Assembly (NCBI GenBank): GCA_965248235.1
Contig: CBDFIU010000004.1
Location: 961,898 to 1,025,897 of the forward strand
From: Bryobacterales bacterium
GTDB lineage: Bacteria; Acidobacteriota; Terriglobia; Bryobacterales; UBA6623
Length of the DNA: 64,000 bases
Reading direction: 5' to 3'
Made by a program: the position numbers and the translations under genes. The number at the start of each line of letters is the position of its first letter. Positions within the stretch are counted from its first letter, which is position 1. Positions 31,138 to 41,122 of this stretch are shown here, in pieces. Below the pieces are notes generated by a model. The model was not told the DNA's origin, made no database searches, and worked only from the letters and a program-made list of their open reading frames with translations.

Positions 31138-32844
31138 TCACGGTTGCGGCTCGGTTTCGGGTGGAGGTTCGGGATTCAAGAATGAATCGAAGAAGCGCTT
31201 GGCTTTATCTTTGACGATGCTCTTGATGTCGGGGTAGACCTTGGGCGAGTCGACCGTGCCGCGGACTTTCACGGGAATCGTAGCCTGTTGTTTTCCATCG
31301 GCGTCGGGACGCGCGCCGAGAGCGGCGGCGAGGCCTCCCTCGACGGTTGTTCGCAAGTCGAAACGGAGAACTTTCTCAAACGTGATGGTGCCTTGGCCTC
31401 GGATCCGGGCGGCGGCGCTTTCGATAATCAACCCCTTGACGAAGAGCTGTTGGTCACGAATTTCCAAGTCGCTTTCGAGTCGCGTAAACTCGGTTTCTCC
31501 TTCTTCCGATTCCTCGCTGCCGAGTAGCTTGTTGGCGTGTTTTTCGAGCGTCGCGAGCATGTTGAATAGGCTGATGTTGCCGTCCTCAAGCGTGAGTCGG
31601 GCGGTTCCCTGAAGTGAGTTCCGTAGGGCATCGGCATCGCGGCCGGAAAACCGAAGCTCGAATTGCGGCATCGCCAAGGTTCCGGCAATCTTTTCGTGCG
31701 CCGTGGTCAAAGCACTGACCAACTCGTCGATTTCGACACCGCTGATCGACCCGCCGAGACGGCCTCGCACGCGGCCGTCGGCATAGGATATTTCAGCGGG
31801 CCCCTTCCATATCCCGCTACCGAGCGAAATCTCTCCACCGGGCACGGTGACCGTAAACGCGGGATTCGTAATGAGGTGTTTCGCGGAGAGATTCAAGGGG
31901 ACCTCGCCGTTGAGGGGAAGCTGATTGTCCGCATCGTCTCCCACGGAGAAATCGGTAAACGCGATGCGGCCGTCTCCCGAAAAATCGCCCATCAAATCGC
32001 CTTCCATCTGAGTCGTAAAGGCCACGCGGCTGCCGGAAGGCGCTTCGCGCAACAGCTCCCCAAAATAGGCCTCACGCAAGCCGGCCGGAATTTCGGATGG
32101 TACGAGGTCGAACGAGAGTTCGCCGGCCGCCGGTGCTCGAGTTGCACGGAAAGGTCCTCCCCGGCCCTCGAATTGAATACCCGATCGGCTGCCTCCGAAT
32201 AAGGAAGCCTCCAAAGAAAGGCGGCATGTCGAGTCGGACGCGAAGTCGAACAGTTGCAGGTAAATATTTTCGATGCTGACAGGCTCTTCGCCCCAAGCCG
32301 GATCGTGGTAGCGCACCTCGCCCGCATTGATGTAGAAGCCGTCGATCGCAAGCGAGCGCCCTTGGGTCGCTTCCGCCGAGGACTCTTCGGTGGGCGCCGC
32401 CTTGGCCGCTTGAGCCAATTGTTCGGCGAGCACTTGTAGGTTGGTTCTTCCACGCCCGTCTTTTTCCACGTGGATCACCGGCCGAGAGATTCGGATGCTC
32501 CGCACTTCGACGCGTTCACCGAACAGGGACAAAAGCGACACCTGCGCCGCGACGGCGTCGGCTTCAAAAATATTCGGCGCCGTGAAACCTTCGGGGTTGC
32601 CGATCGAGATATCGGCCAAGGAAATCGCCGGACGAAGCAACAACCATTGCCAAAGATCGAAGTCACCCGCGCCCAGCGAAACCGGTACCGGGATGTTCTC
32701 TTCAAGCTGAGCGCGAATCGTCTCCGACGCCGATCCGGAGACGGCGAATTGAATCACCAGCCCGCTCCCCAACATGAGGACCAAGTAGGCCCCCACGAAT
32801 ACCAGTACGGCTTTCGATAATTTGCCCACGCGCACAGGATACAA
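31138..32844 (-). CDS. AsmA family protein
   Basis: N-terminal anchor, IGNP.GF, G.TNL, beta-rich body, C-terminal IP.KVRGT.DSPK..PD. Confidence 0.75.
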   Translation of the reverse strand: MYPVRVGKLSKAVLVFVGAYLVLMLGSGLVIQFAVSGSASETIRAQLEENIPVPVSLGAGDFDLWQWLLLRPAISLADISIGNPEGFTAPNIFEADAVAAQVSLLSLFGERVEVRSIRISRPVIHVEKDGRGRTNLQVLAEQLAQAAKAAPTEESSAEATQGRSLAIDGFYINAGEVRYHDPAWGEEPVSIENIYLQLFDFASDSTCRLSLEASLFGGSRSGIQFEGRGGPFRATRAPAAGELSFDLVPSEIPAGLREAYFGELLREAPSGSRVAFTTQMEGDLMGDFSGDGRIAFTDFSVGDDADNQLPLNGEVPLNLSAKHLITNPAFTVTVPGGEISLGSGIWKGPAEISYADGRVRGRLGGSISGVEIDELVSALTTAHEKIAGTLAMPQFELRFSGRDADALRNSLQGTARLTLEDGNISLFNMLATLEKHANKLLGSEESEEGETEFTRLESDLEIRDQQLFVKGLIIESAAARIRGQGTITFEKVLRFDLRTTVEGGLAAALGARPDADGKQQATIPVKVRGTVDSPKVYPDIKSIVKDKAKRFFDSFLNPEPPPETEPQP

Positions 32845-32920
32845 GTTTGCACGCGCTCACGCACTGCTCGCTGTTACGACGGATTCGGGCGGAGGCGGGC
32901 CGCCTAGGTCTGCGGGAAAA

Positions 32921-33014
32921 TGAAAAATTGGGGACTGTACCGAGCGCCGACCGCATAACTTCCATTGAATCGATAATCACATCCGGCGCGAAGTGGACTG
33001 TCCCCCATTTTTTC
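32921..33014. repeat. MITE core copy lacking outer TIR tips
   Basis: Near-identical to 44790-44883: GGACTGTACCGAGCGCCGACCG...CATCCGGCGCGAAGTGGACTGT. Confidence 0.75.
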
Positions 33015-33023
33015 CCGACGAGA

Positions 33024-33206
33024 TCAGCCGTGGCCCAGGTACATCACCCAGCCCAGGCCGAAGATTACGGCCACGAAATACCCGAAAACCTTCAGGCCGT
33101 AGTGCAATCGCTCAGGGTCGGAATTTCGGCCGACAACGCCCATGACGATCGAGGTGAAAAGAGCAAACAGCAACGCCGCTTCGAAGTGGGAGAGCGAAAG
33201 ATACAT
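33024..33206 (-). CDS. small two-TM membrane protein
   Basis: 60 aa, two hydrophobic helices, coupled to upstream gene. Confidence 0.65.
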   Translation of the reverse strand: MYLSLSHFEAALLFALFTSIVMGVVGRNSDPERLHYGLKVFGYFVAVIFGLGWVMYLGHG

Positions 33207-33622
33207 CAGGATTTCTCTCCAACGGAAATTTCAAAAGCGTCCACGATGGCCAGGATGTTCAGCAATCCGGCACAGACGAGAAACTTCGTGCCGTAATCGG
33301 CCGCGGCGGTGGCGAGCTGCTCTTGGTGATATCCCAGCCACTTCGCGAGAAAGTAAAGCGCGCCGGTCGCGATGTCGCCAATGTAGCCCCCGCAGTTGAC
33401 GACCGTGGTGAATAGGTCGCCGACTTCCGGCTCGAACATGCGTCCCCGCATCAGCAGACCGAAAATGAACATTCCCGCAACGGCGAAAAGCAGCAGCGCA
33501 CCGCGATTCCAGCGTTTGAGGTAGAAATGCCCGCCGCCGGGCACGAGCCAAGCGAGTAAAAGCGGCGCCGCCCAAAGTTGCGGCGGCGGAATTGAGGACA
33601 ACATGTCTTTTTTGTCAGCCAT
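33206..33622 (-). CDS. DUF6677-like membrane protein
   Basis: LLAWLVPGGGH, YGT.FLV.AGLLNILAI.DA. Confidence 0.75.
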   Translation of the reverse strand: MADKKDMLSSIPPPQLWAAPLLLAWLVPGGGHFYLKRWNRGALLLFAVAGMFIFGLLMRGRMFEPEVGDLFTTVVNCGGYIGDIATGALYFLAKWLGYHQEQLATAAADYGTKFLVCAGLLNILAIVDAFEISVGEKS

Positions 33623-33841
33623 CTTGGAGGGGACGAGCTAACCCTCGCCTGAATCTACTTTGAACTTATCACACCATGCCGGCGGCGGTCTCGCGAGGGA
33701 AACACGGGCCCGGCCTGAGCCTATGGTTGGCGTGCCGCGGCCACGGACTGAAACCCATCCCGGATCAATCGTGCCGTTGGCGGCCGCCCGCCCGATCCCC
33801 GACGGCCGTAGTGATACACTGGGCGTGATTTTCGGGCCCAC

Positions 33842-35101
33842 ATGAAATTCGCCTACCCATCGACTACGCCCGCGCGTCTCACGCGCCGACAAATGCTCAG
33901 TGGCGTTTCGGCCGCCGCTGCCGCATCTTGGGTCGGCTCTCGACCCTCGGCCGCAACCGCGCAAGACGCCGCGACGCCTCTAAAAATCACCTCGGTTCAC
34001 GCCTACCCGGTGCGGCTTTGGACAAAGACCGAGCAAGGCAAACGTCCCGACTTCTCCTCCGACCGGGACCCTCGGCGACGGCGTTACTACGGCCCCTTCG
34101 CGCAACTCGTCGGCGCCGTCATGGTCGTCGTCTGCACCGATCAAGGCATCACCGGCTACGGTCTTGGCGGTGGAGGTCGCGTGGCGGCGGCAATCATCGA
34201 CGGCCATCTACGGCATCTGCTGCTCGGGACGAATCCGCTCAATGTCGAATTGCTTTGGGATCAGATGTACACCTCGGGGCAGTTCTACGGCCGACGAGGC
34301 GTCTTTGTGATGGCGCTCAGCGGCATTGACAATGCACTCTGGGACATTGCCGGGAAACATGCCGGAAAACCCGTTCACAGCCTGATCGGCGGCCTCACCA
34401 AGGACAAGGTCCCGGCCTATTTCACCAGCGCCGATCCGGAAGTCGGACTGCGTCTCGGGTTCCACCATTTCAAGATGCCGGTTCGCGAAGGCGTCGATCA
34501 GGGAGCGGCCGGCATGAAACGCACCGTCGAGACGCTCACTCGCGCCCGTCGGGCCATCGGCCCCGAGAGTTCCTTGATGATCGATTGCCTGGGCCGTTGG
34601 GATAACGTCGACTACGCGGTCCTAATGGCTCGCCGCCTCGAAGAAGTTCGTCTTCGCTGGATCGAGGAGCCGCTATTGCCCGACGACGTGATGGGCTACG
34701 CCCGGCTTGTCCGCGAAGTAGACAGCACGCGTATTGCTTCGGGCGAACACGAGTACACGCGATTCGGTTTCGCGGAGTTGCTGCGCCACAAAGCTGTCGA
34801 GATCTTGCAGCCCGACATTACATGGTCGGGTGGTTTGACGTCGCTGCGAAGAATCGCGGCGATGGCCGCCGAACACTCCTTGCCGATCATTCCGCACCGC
34901 GGCGGCAGCCTTTACGGGTTGAGTCTGGTCTTTTCCACCCCCCATTGTCCGCTGGCAGAAAGTTTCGGCACCGGCGATAACGGGACCGAGCTGATGGACG
35001 CGATGAGCGGCCGGTTTCGCGACGGGTATTACTATCCTTCCGACAAACCCGGCTTCGGAACGTCGGTAACCAAGGAGATGGTCAAGAAGCACGCTCTCTG
35101 A
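33842..35101 (+). CDS. mandelate racemase-family acid-sugar dehydratase (L-rhamnonate dehydratase-like) with Tat signal
   Basis: TRRQML, LWDQMY...FYGRRG, WIEEPL.PDD, GEHEYTRFGF, QPDITWSGG. Confidence 0.8.
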   Translation: MKFAYPSTTPARLTRRQMLSGVSAAAAASWVGSRPSAATAQDAATPLKITSVHAYPVRLWTKTEQGKRPDFSSDRDPRRRRYYGPFAQLVGAVMVVVCTDQGITGYGLGGGGRVAAAIIDGHLRHLLLGTNPLNVELLWDQMYTSGQFYGRRGVFVMALSGIDNALWDIAGKHAGKPVHSLIGGLTKDKVPAYFTSADPEVGLRLGFHHFKMPVREGVDQGAAGMKRTVETLTRARRAIGPESSLMIDCLGRWDNVDYAVLMARRLEEVRLRWIEEPLLPDDVMGYARLVREVDSTRIASGEHEYTRFGFAELLRHKAVEILQPDITWSGGLTSLRRIAAMAAEHSLPIIPHRGGSLYGLSLVFSTPHCPLAESFGTGDNGTELMDAMSGRFRDGYYYPSDKPGFGTSVTKEMVKKHAL

Positions 35102-35112
35102 CCATCGGGGCC

Positions 35113-36747
35113 TCAGAGACCCTGTTCGAAGACCACGTCCACGGGGATGCCCGCAGTTTCGAGGCGATCGAGATCGGCTTCGAGACCGGGACCGATACTT
35201 CCCATTTCGTCGACGAAGGTTTTTGCGCCGTCGTAGTCGCCGTCGCCTTGGAGCATGAGGATCTTGCGCGACAACGCGCCGACAGCCTCTTCCATTTTTT
35301 CGAATTGCACGCGATAGGCGCCGCTTTCTTCGTCGCGTGAAAAGGCCTCGGCTTTCTGGAAAAAATGGAACCGCAGCAAATTCGCCACCCCATGCGCGCT
35401 GGCGGCCCCGAACCGGATCGACCTAAAAATGCCGGCAAGGAAGGTAACGTAGTTATCCATCAAGTCGGCTTCGCCCAACTCGCCTTTGGCGTGCAGCTTC
35501 GTCACCATGTAGAGCCCGAGAATGTCGGCCTTGCCTTCCTCGAGGGAGGAGGCATGTTCCTTCATCGCCTCGCGAACCGTCCCCTGACCCTTGAGAGTCG
35601 TCTTGATGCCGAGCCCGTGGGCAACTTCATGGAACATCGTGTTAGCGAAAAAAGCGTCGAAGGAAACATGTTTACGCTGATCTTCGGCGATCAGAACATC
35701 CGCGATCGGCACGAGAATCTTGTCGAACTTCGCGCGCATGGCGTTCTTGAGTTGCAACCGCCGAGCGCCCATCTTCAACTGAACTTCTTCGTCGTTGGGA
35801 AGGTTGATGGCGATGGTTTTCGACCCGGCGTTGCAATCCCCGGCGTAATAGATCACGTCGTAGGCGTTGAGGTCGGAATCGGTGCCCGGGGTTTCCTGCT
35901 TGTAGGCTTCGGGGACGGGCAGGCCCCGTTGTAGCTCGGGCAGGAATTGCGTGTACTTGTCGAGCCGGTCGCTCCATTGCTTGTCTTTGATCAGCACATA
36001 CGCTTCGAAGGCGGCCTTGTAACCGAAAAGGCGGTCTTCGTAGGTCTCGATGGGGCCGATCACGACGTCGATCACGTTGTCTTTCATTTCCATCCAGGCG
36101 AAATCGCTGGACTGGTAGTCGTCGCTTACAAGGGCGTTGGCTCGTAGATCGAGATAGCGCTTGAGGCCGGGGTCTTCGGCCAGTTCCGCTGCTTGGCGAA
36201 GTTTGTCGGCGGCGGATTGCAGTTCCTCGCTAAAAGCCTCGCGATAGGGCACGGCGACTAGGCTGCCCGCGTCATCTCGGCGCACCAGCGTATAGAGGTC
36301 GCGGAGGGCCTTGCCGGCGTCAGGCGAGGAGGCAACGGCCGCATCGAACTCCTCTTTCGTGATGTCGGCGGGATAGAATCCGGCGCCGAGCGGTTTCGGA
36401 CCGACGCCGTCGACGAAAGGTTCATTGCCGGCCAGCCGGTCCCATGGGCCGTAATTGATCTCAATGTAGCGGCGGATGGCGGGGTCGTCGATGCCCGACA
36501 GCAACTCGCTCTTGTCGCTGTAGGCTTGCTGTTGAAACAGGCCGTCCATGATGTGGGCGGCTTCGATCAACAGGGGCAGCATTTGACGTTGCTTCTCGGT
36601 CAAAGCGTCGAGGTCGGCTTCCAGCCGAAAGGTGGTGTAGTTGTCGAGGCTGTCTTGAATGTCCATGGATTTCGGGGACGGGTCGGAGCCGCCGCATGCG
36701 GCGAGTGAAACGGCGACGATTGCGAGCGGCGGGAGAGTTGTTTTCAT
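35113..36747 (-). CDS. M49/DPP III-like zinc peptidase lipoprotein
   Basis: LAAC lipobox, INYGPWDRL, GPIETYED, AINLPNDE, FHEVAHGLG, LEEGKAD. Confidence 0.85.
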   Translation of the reverse strand: MKTTLPPLAIVAVSLAACGGSDPSPKSMDIQDSLDNYTTFRLEADLDALTEKQRQMLPLLIEAAHIMDGLFQQQAYSDKSELLSGIDDPAIRRYIEINYGPWDRLAGNEPFVDGVGPKPLGAGFYPADITKEEFDAAVASSPDAGKALRDLYTLVRRDDAGSLVAVPYREAFSEELQSAADKLRQAAELAEDPGLKRYLDLRANALVSDDYQSSDFAWMEMKDNVIDVVIGPIETYEDRLFGYKAAFEAYVLIKDKQWSDRLDKYTQFLPELQRGLPVPEAYKQETPGTDSDLNAYDVIYYAGDCNAGSKTIAINLPNDEEVQLKMGARRLQLKNAMRAKFDKILVPIADVLIAEDQRKHVSFDAFFANTMFHEVAHGLGIKTTLKGQGTVREAMKEHASSLEEGKADILGLYMVTKLHAKGELGEADLMDNYVTFLAGIFRSIRFGAASAHGVANLLRFHFFQKAEAFSRDEESGAYRVQFEKMEEAVGALSRKILMLQGDGDYDGAKTFVDEMGSIGPGLEADLDRLETAGIPVDVVFEQGL

Positions 36748-36924
36748 GAGGCCCAATTCTGAAATCAGGTTAGCAAGTCGACTCGGGATCTAGAAATCCA
36801 TTGCCTGCTCGAGCAGCCGGCGCTGCTGGGTCGGCTTTGGGCGTTTGGCGGACAAGACATTTCGCCATGGCTCGCTTGGAGCCGCGTGATAGGATCGGGT
36901 GTCCAATCGAAAGGAGATCCGCCC

Positions 36925-37125
36925 ATGCCGATTATCGACATTACGATTGTGGAAGGACGCAGTTACGAGAAGAAAGAGGCGCTGATGCGCGAAGTCACCG
37001 ATGCGGCGGTGCGAACGTTGGAAGCGCCTCCGGAAAGCGTACGGGTGATCGTGCGGGAAATTCCCAAGAGCCACTTTTCGGTGGCCGGAGTTCCGAAAGC
37101 GCGCCCCGGAGGCGACGTGGCGTGA
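36925..37125 (+). CDS. 4-oxalocrotonate tautomerase family protein
   Basis: Catalytic Pro1, EGRS.EKK, VRVI..E, AGGAG SD. Confidence 0.9.
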   Translation: MPIIDITIVEGRSYEKKEALMREVTDAAVRTLEAPPESVRVIVREIPKSHFSVAGVPKARPGGDVA

Positions 37126-37238
37126 GCGTCCACGCTTGCCGCGAACCGATTCGTCGGTTCGTGTCTCCAAATTCCGGACGCCTCGCGAGGCGGCAAGGCC
37201 GGGCCTCACGCCACGTCGGGGGCTTCGGCGGCTTCTTC

Positions 37239-37814
37239 TTATCGCGGATCGGGCAGGGCTTTCTTCTTGGGCAGGTCACGCGTGGCCAGCTTCATCACCG
37301 GCAGGCCCATTTGGCCGCCCAATTCCGAGAGGGCTTCTAAGTCGACCGGACCGACAATGTTGATGACCGTCAACTCCCGAGGCCCCTCGGAAACGACGGT
37401 GACGCCGGCTATTTTTTCGTTTTCCACGTAAGAGTAGATCGCCACGGTTTCGGTCTTTCGCCGGTCGCGGACATCGATCATCGGCACCCATCCGTCGTCC
37501 TTGAGCTGCTTGCGGATCGGGTCGGAGTCTTCGCGCGAATACGCCGTCTTACGGGCGAACCAGAAACGCCGCACATAGACGCCCTTGAGGCCTTTCACGA
37601 ATTCCTTCACCGAACGGCTTACGCCCTTGCGCAAGATCAGCAGTTTCTGTCCCACGTGGAGCGAACGCCCCTCGAGGTTGACCTCGACTACCTCGTCGGC
37701 TCGTCGCTCGAGTTCAGGCAAGTCGATGCTGAGCTGCGCTTGCTCGTCGGCCGCTTGGCCCCATCCCGGCGCCACGAGCAGGAACACGCTGACCAGCCAT
37801 CCTGCAGTCTTCAT
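37239..37814 (-). CDS. DUF4252 family exported protein
   Basis: A.EVVEVNL.G, LKGVYVR.F, ELTVINIVGPVDL. Confidence 0.75.
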   Translation of the reverse strand: MKTAGWLVSVFLLVAPGWGQAADEQAQLSIDLPELERRADEVVEVNLEGRSLHVGQKLLILRKGVSRSVKEFVKGLKGVYVRRFWFARKTAYSREDSDPIRKQLKDDGWVPMIDVRDRRKTETVAIYSYVENEKIAGVTVVSEGPRELTVINIVGPVDLEALSELGGQMGLPVMKLATRDLPKKKALPDPR

Positions 37815-38212
37815 CGTTCATCCTCCCGGGGTGCATTCTCCTGAGGGAGACGCAACACGGCGTCCCGCGCTTTGTTGATTTTCTCGCCCGCCAACTGCAA
37901 GGAAAGCAAGAGCTGCGTTTCGGCCTCGATCTCGGATGACGACGTGCCGAAAACCCCTTCTCGGGCAACGAAAACCGCGGCCGCGAGCGATGCCGCCAAA
38001 GCACCGGCCAAGACCCAGCGGGGTTTCGGTAACGCTCTGACCGCCGGCGGAGCCGGATGATCACTCATCGCATCCCGCTCGATGCGCGCCATCACGCGGG
38101 CGGTGAAATCGGCGGGCGGCGTTTTCCGAGCAAGTCGGGACCGAAGCTCTTGAGCAATCGAGCCATCGGCGGACGACAGTTCGGTTAGAGGCTCATCGTT
38201 GCGTCGATCCAT
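37811..38212 (-). CDS. putative anti-sigma factor
   Basis: PPADFTARVM, TM helix; overlaps both the ECF and DUF4252 genes. Confidence 0.65.
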   Translation of the reverse strand: MDRRNDEPLTELSSADGSIAQELRSRLARKTPPADFTARVMARIERDAMSDHPAPPAVRALPKPRWVLAGALAASLAAAVFVAREGVFGTSSSEIEAETQLLLSLQLAGEKINKARDAVLRLPQENAPREDER

Positions 38213-38771
38213 AAGACACCTCCCATTCCAAGCCCTGTGATTTTTCGCGCAGGCGGGCCAACCCCCGCCGCAGCGTGGTCTTCACCGTATTCACCGGGAT
38301 ATCGAGAGTTTCCGAAATCTCGGTCAGCTTCAAGTCCTCCTGAAAACGCAGGATGATCACCAATCGCATTTTGTCGGGCAATGCCGCGACCTTGGTCCAC
38401 AATGATTCCGCCAACAGCGGGTCGCGCGGGGCGGCCTCAACCCTCGGCTCATCCACCTCTTCCAACGGTTGGTAGCGACGATGCTTCAACCGCCGGCTGT
38501 AATCGATACATTTGCGCGTCGTCGTTTGCCGCAGCCAAAACGATAGATGGATATCGGAGACGATTCGATGCAAGTTCTTATGCAACTCCAAATAGACGTC
38601 CTGCGCTATATCCTCGGCGAGCCCGCGGCTCTGAAAGAAATGAAACACGAGACTAAAGACCATCGCCTTATGACGGTCGATGATCCCCCCAAACGCCTCC
38701 GGGTCACGAAGCGCCGCGTCCACCAAATCTCGGGGCGCGTTTTCCATCGGCTCTTGCTTTTTGTTACGCAT
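38193..38771 (-). CDS. ECF RNA polymerase sigma factor
   Basis: AEDIAQDVYL, FWLRQ, LRFQEDL...EISETL.IPVNTVK..L.RGL. Confidence 0.9.
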   Translation of the reverse strand: MRNKKQEPMENAPRDLVDAALRDPEAFGGIIDRHKAMVFSLVFHFFQSRGLAEDIAQDVYLELHKNLHRIVSDIHLSFWLRQTTTRKCIDYSRRLKHRRYQPLEEVDEPRVEAAPRDPLLAESLWTKVAALPDKMRLVIILRFQEDLKLTEISETLDIPVNTVKTTLRRGLARLREKSQGLEWEVSYGSTQR

Positions 38772-38772
38772 G

Positions 38773-39420
38773 TTAGTCGGCAAGAGGTTCAAAATCCTGA
38801 TAGAAAACCGAGATCCGCTCCCAGATGAATTCCAGCGCATCGAGCAACTGATGATCCGCGTCGACTAACTCCAGTTCGACGTTTGGACGCCCCCATGAAA
38901 ATTCCACCGAAAATTGCGGCGGGACGACATCGTCCATGTGGCCGTGGTAGATGTGCGTGCGCTGGGGAACGTCCGGAAACTCGTCGTATCGCAAGGCGTC
39001 TTCATAGAGCCCGTAGCCGATCGGGACGAAATCCATAGCCGCCGGATGATGGACCTCGCGAGTGCCTGTTTGCTTCCAGCGCGCCATTTCCTCGGCGCCT
39101 AAATCTTCCGCCATCCGTCGGGCGCAGGCGAACGCCGGAGCGAGCAGGACGAGCCGCCGAATTGTCTCGGGATGCTTTGCCGCGTACAAGGCCGCCAAGT
39201 AGCCGCCCATGCTCGACCCGATCATCATCATGGGCTCGAGTTCGCGGACGGCTTGATCGACGACATCGAGCTGACTCGAGATCGTCATCCTTTCGAAGTC
39301 CGGGGCCAGATCGGGGGTATGAACCGTTCCGCCGATTAAGGCGAAGTTGCGGTGAAAGTAGCGGGCCTTGGTGGATTCCGGACTTGACGCGAAACCGTGA
39401 AGGTAGAGGATATTGGCCAT
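38773..39420 (-). CDS. YqiA/YcfP family esterase
   Basis: LYLHGFASSP.S.KA, GSSMGG, HG..DDVVP, DH. Confidence 0.9.
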   Translation of the reverse strand: MANILYLHGFASSPESTKARYFHRNFALIGGTVHTPDLAPDFERMTISSQLDVVDQAVRELEPMMMIGSSMGGYLAALYAAKHPETIRRLVLLAPAFACARRMAEDLGAEEMARWKQTGTREVHHPAAMDFVPIGYGLYEDALRYDEFPDVPQRTHIYHGHMDDVVPPQFSVEFSWGRPNVELELVDADHQLLDALEFIWERISVFYQDFEPLAD

Positions 39421-39502
39421 GGCGAGACAGCGATCCCGGAACCTGACCTTTAGGGTAAACGTTCTCGCGAGGCCTCGTGGGCCGATTGGCGGCTAACCGC
39501 CG

Positions 39503-39943
39503 CTACTCCGCCGCGATGATCTTCGAAAGTCGCCGTTGATGGCGCTCTTCGCCGCTGAATTCCGCTCCGAGGTAGGTTTCGACAATTTTTTTCGCCAACT
39601 CCACGCCGATGACGCGCCCGCCCAGGCACAGGACGTTTAAATCATCATGCTCGACGCCTTGGTGCGCGGAGTAAGTGTCGTGACACAATGCCGCCCGCGC
39701 CCCTTTGACTTTATTGGCGGCTACCGACGCCCCCACGCCGCTGCCGCAGACAACAATGCCTCGCCGGGCCTTGCCGCCAACGACAGCCCGCGCCACGGCT
39801 AGAGCGAAATCCGGGTAGTCGTCCTCGGAATCGTATTGGTGGGCTCCGAGGTCTTCGACCTCGTGTCCCGCCAGACGGAGGATGCCGGCCAACTCTTCCT
39901 TAAGCGGGAAGCCGCCGTGATCAGCTCCGATTGCGATTTTCAT
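39503..39943 (-). CDS. rpiB: ribose-5-phosphate isomerase B
   Basis: GADHGG, DYPD, CGSGVG, ANK..G.RAA, H...NVLCLGGR, RH.RR. Confidence 0.95.
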   Translation of the reverse strand: MKIAIGADHGGFPLKEELAGILRLAGHEVEDLGAHQYDSEDDYPDFALAVARAVVGGKARRGIVVCGSGVGASVAANKVKGARAALCHDTYSAHQGVEHDDLNVLCLGGRVIGVELAKKIVETYLGAEFSGEERHQRRLSKIIAAE

Positions 39944-40037
39944 GGAAGTCTCGATTGTAACGAACCTGTCTTCACGTGAGCCACCCACCGTCGTCAACTT
40001 CTCGGCTAACTTCAAGGCAATGCAAAATTTACCGCCT

Positions 40038-41083
40038 GATGGGTATTTACTTGACTCAGGTATTGGGAATATTGGGAAATAGCCCCTACATGTTGTGGTC
40101 GTCCGTAGCGCGTGTCGCGGTGCCTCCGACCAGCGATTTGTAGGGTGCCGGTGGCACGGCGACGGCCTGTTGAACCAGGCGGTAAAAGAGCTTGCCTCGA
40201 CTTCTGGACTTGCGGCGGTTGAAGCGGAAGGCGAATTCGTCGAGGTAGGAGTCGAGATGCTCGTGACTGACCGCTCCTTGATGCGTGCCCAGTATCCAGC
40301 GGCTTCACTAACGACACCACGCGGTGCACCCGGGGGAGCAGTTTCGAGGCGCGCGCCGGTTGCCCCTCCAGGTAGCTCACCTCGTGGCGATAGCCGTCGC
40401 CTTCGAGCGGTTCGTATCCCAGCCAACCGTCGGTATGGACCACGCTGCCGGGTTCGATCGACTCGCCGACGAAGGCCATCAAGCTGTCCCCGGAGGCGTT
40501 GGGAATGGTGCGTATCCGAACCCGCCCGATGCCGGCACCATCTTCCTCGGCCGCTACTACAATCAGCGCCTTAGCGTCGGTTTGGCGACCGCGCACGCCC
40601 TCCTCCAAGCCTCCTAAGTAAGTCTCGTCAACCTCCACGCGCCCGCTGAGCCGATCGCGTCCGGGCCGCACCATGGCGCGCCGGAGCTTATGCAACCAAG
40701 TCCAGGCCGTTTTGTAGCTGCCCAGGCCCAACACCCGCTGCAAGCCCAGCGCGCTCGCCCCGTTCTTCTGGCTCGTGAGCCACCACATGGCTCGAAACCA
40801 ACTCTGGAGGGGTTGGCGGGTGTCTTGAAATATTGTGCCCGCCGTTGGAGAAGCTTGATGCCCGCAGCCGGCGCACTCCAGCAGCGCTGTCCGCACCGCC
40901 CACGCTTTGTCGTGCCCGCATCGCGGACAACGAAAACCCTCCGGCCAGCGGAGTTGACACAGATACTCTCGACAGGCCTGCTCGGTGGCGAAACGCGCCT
41001 CGAACTCGGCCAGATTCCGAGGATAATCTTCCATTTCCCCGATCCTACATCTTGTGGTCACCTGAGTCAAGTAAATACCCATC
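40038..41083 (-). mobile_element. IS1595 family element, copy 1
   Basis: 24-bp TIR GATGGGTATTTACTTGACTCAGGT; 8-bp TSD TACCGCCT/TGCCGCCT. Confidence 0.93.
40086..41034 (-). pseudogene. IS1595 transposase with +1 frameshift near 40300
   Basis: Nearly identical to copy 2 apart from one extra base at ...VSLVK and a rare substitution. Confidence 0.85.
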
Positions 41084-41122
41084 TGCCGCCTTTTTGGCGT
41101 CATCGGCGGTTTTCCTCTATTC

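Noticed and set aside
39503-40426. 307-aa ORF extending rpiB
   Set aside because: Read-through from IS1595 sequence; RpiB begins at 39943
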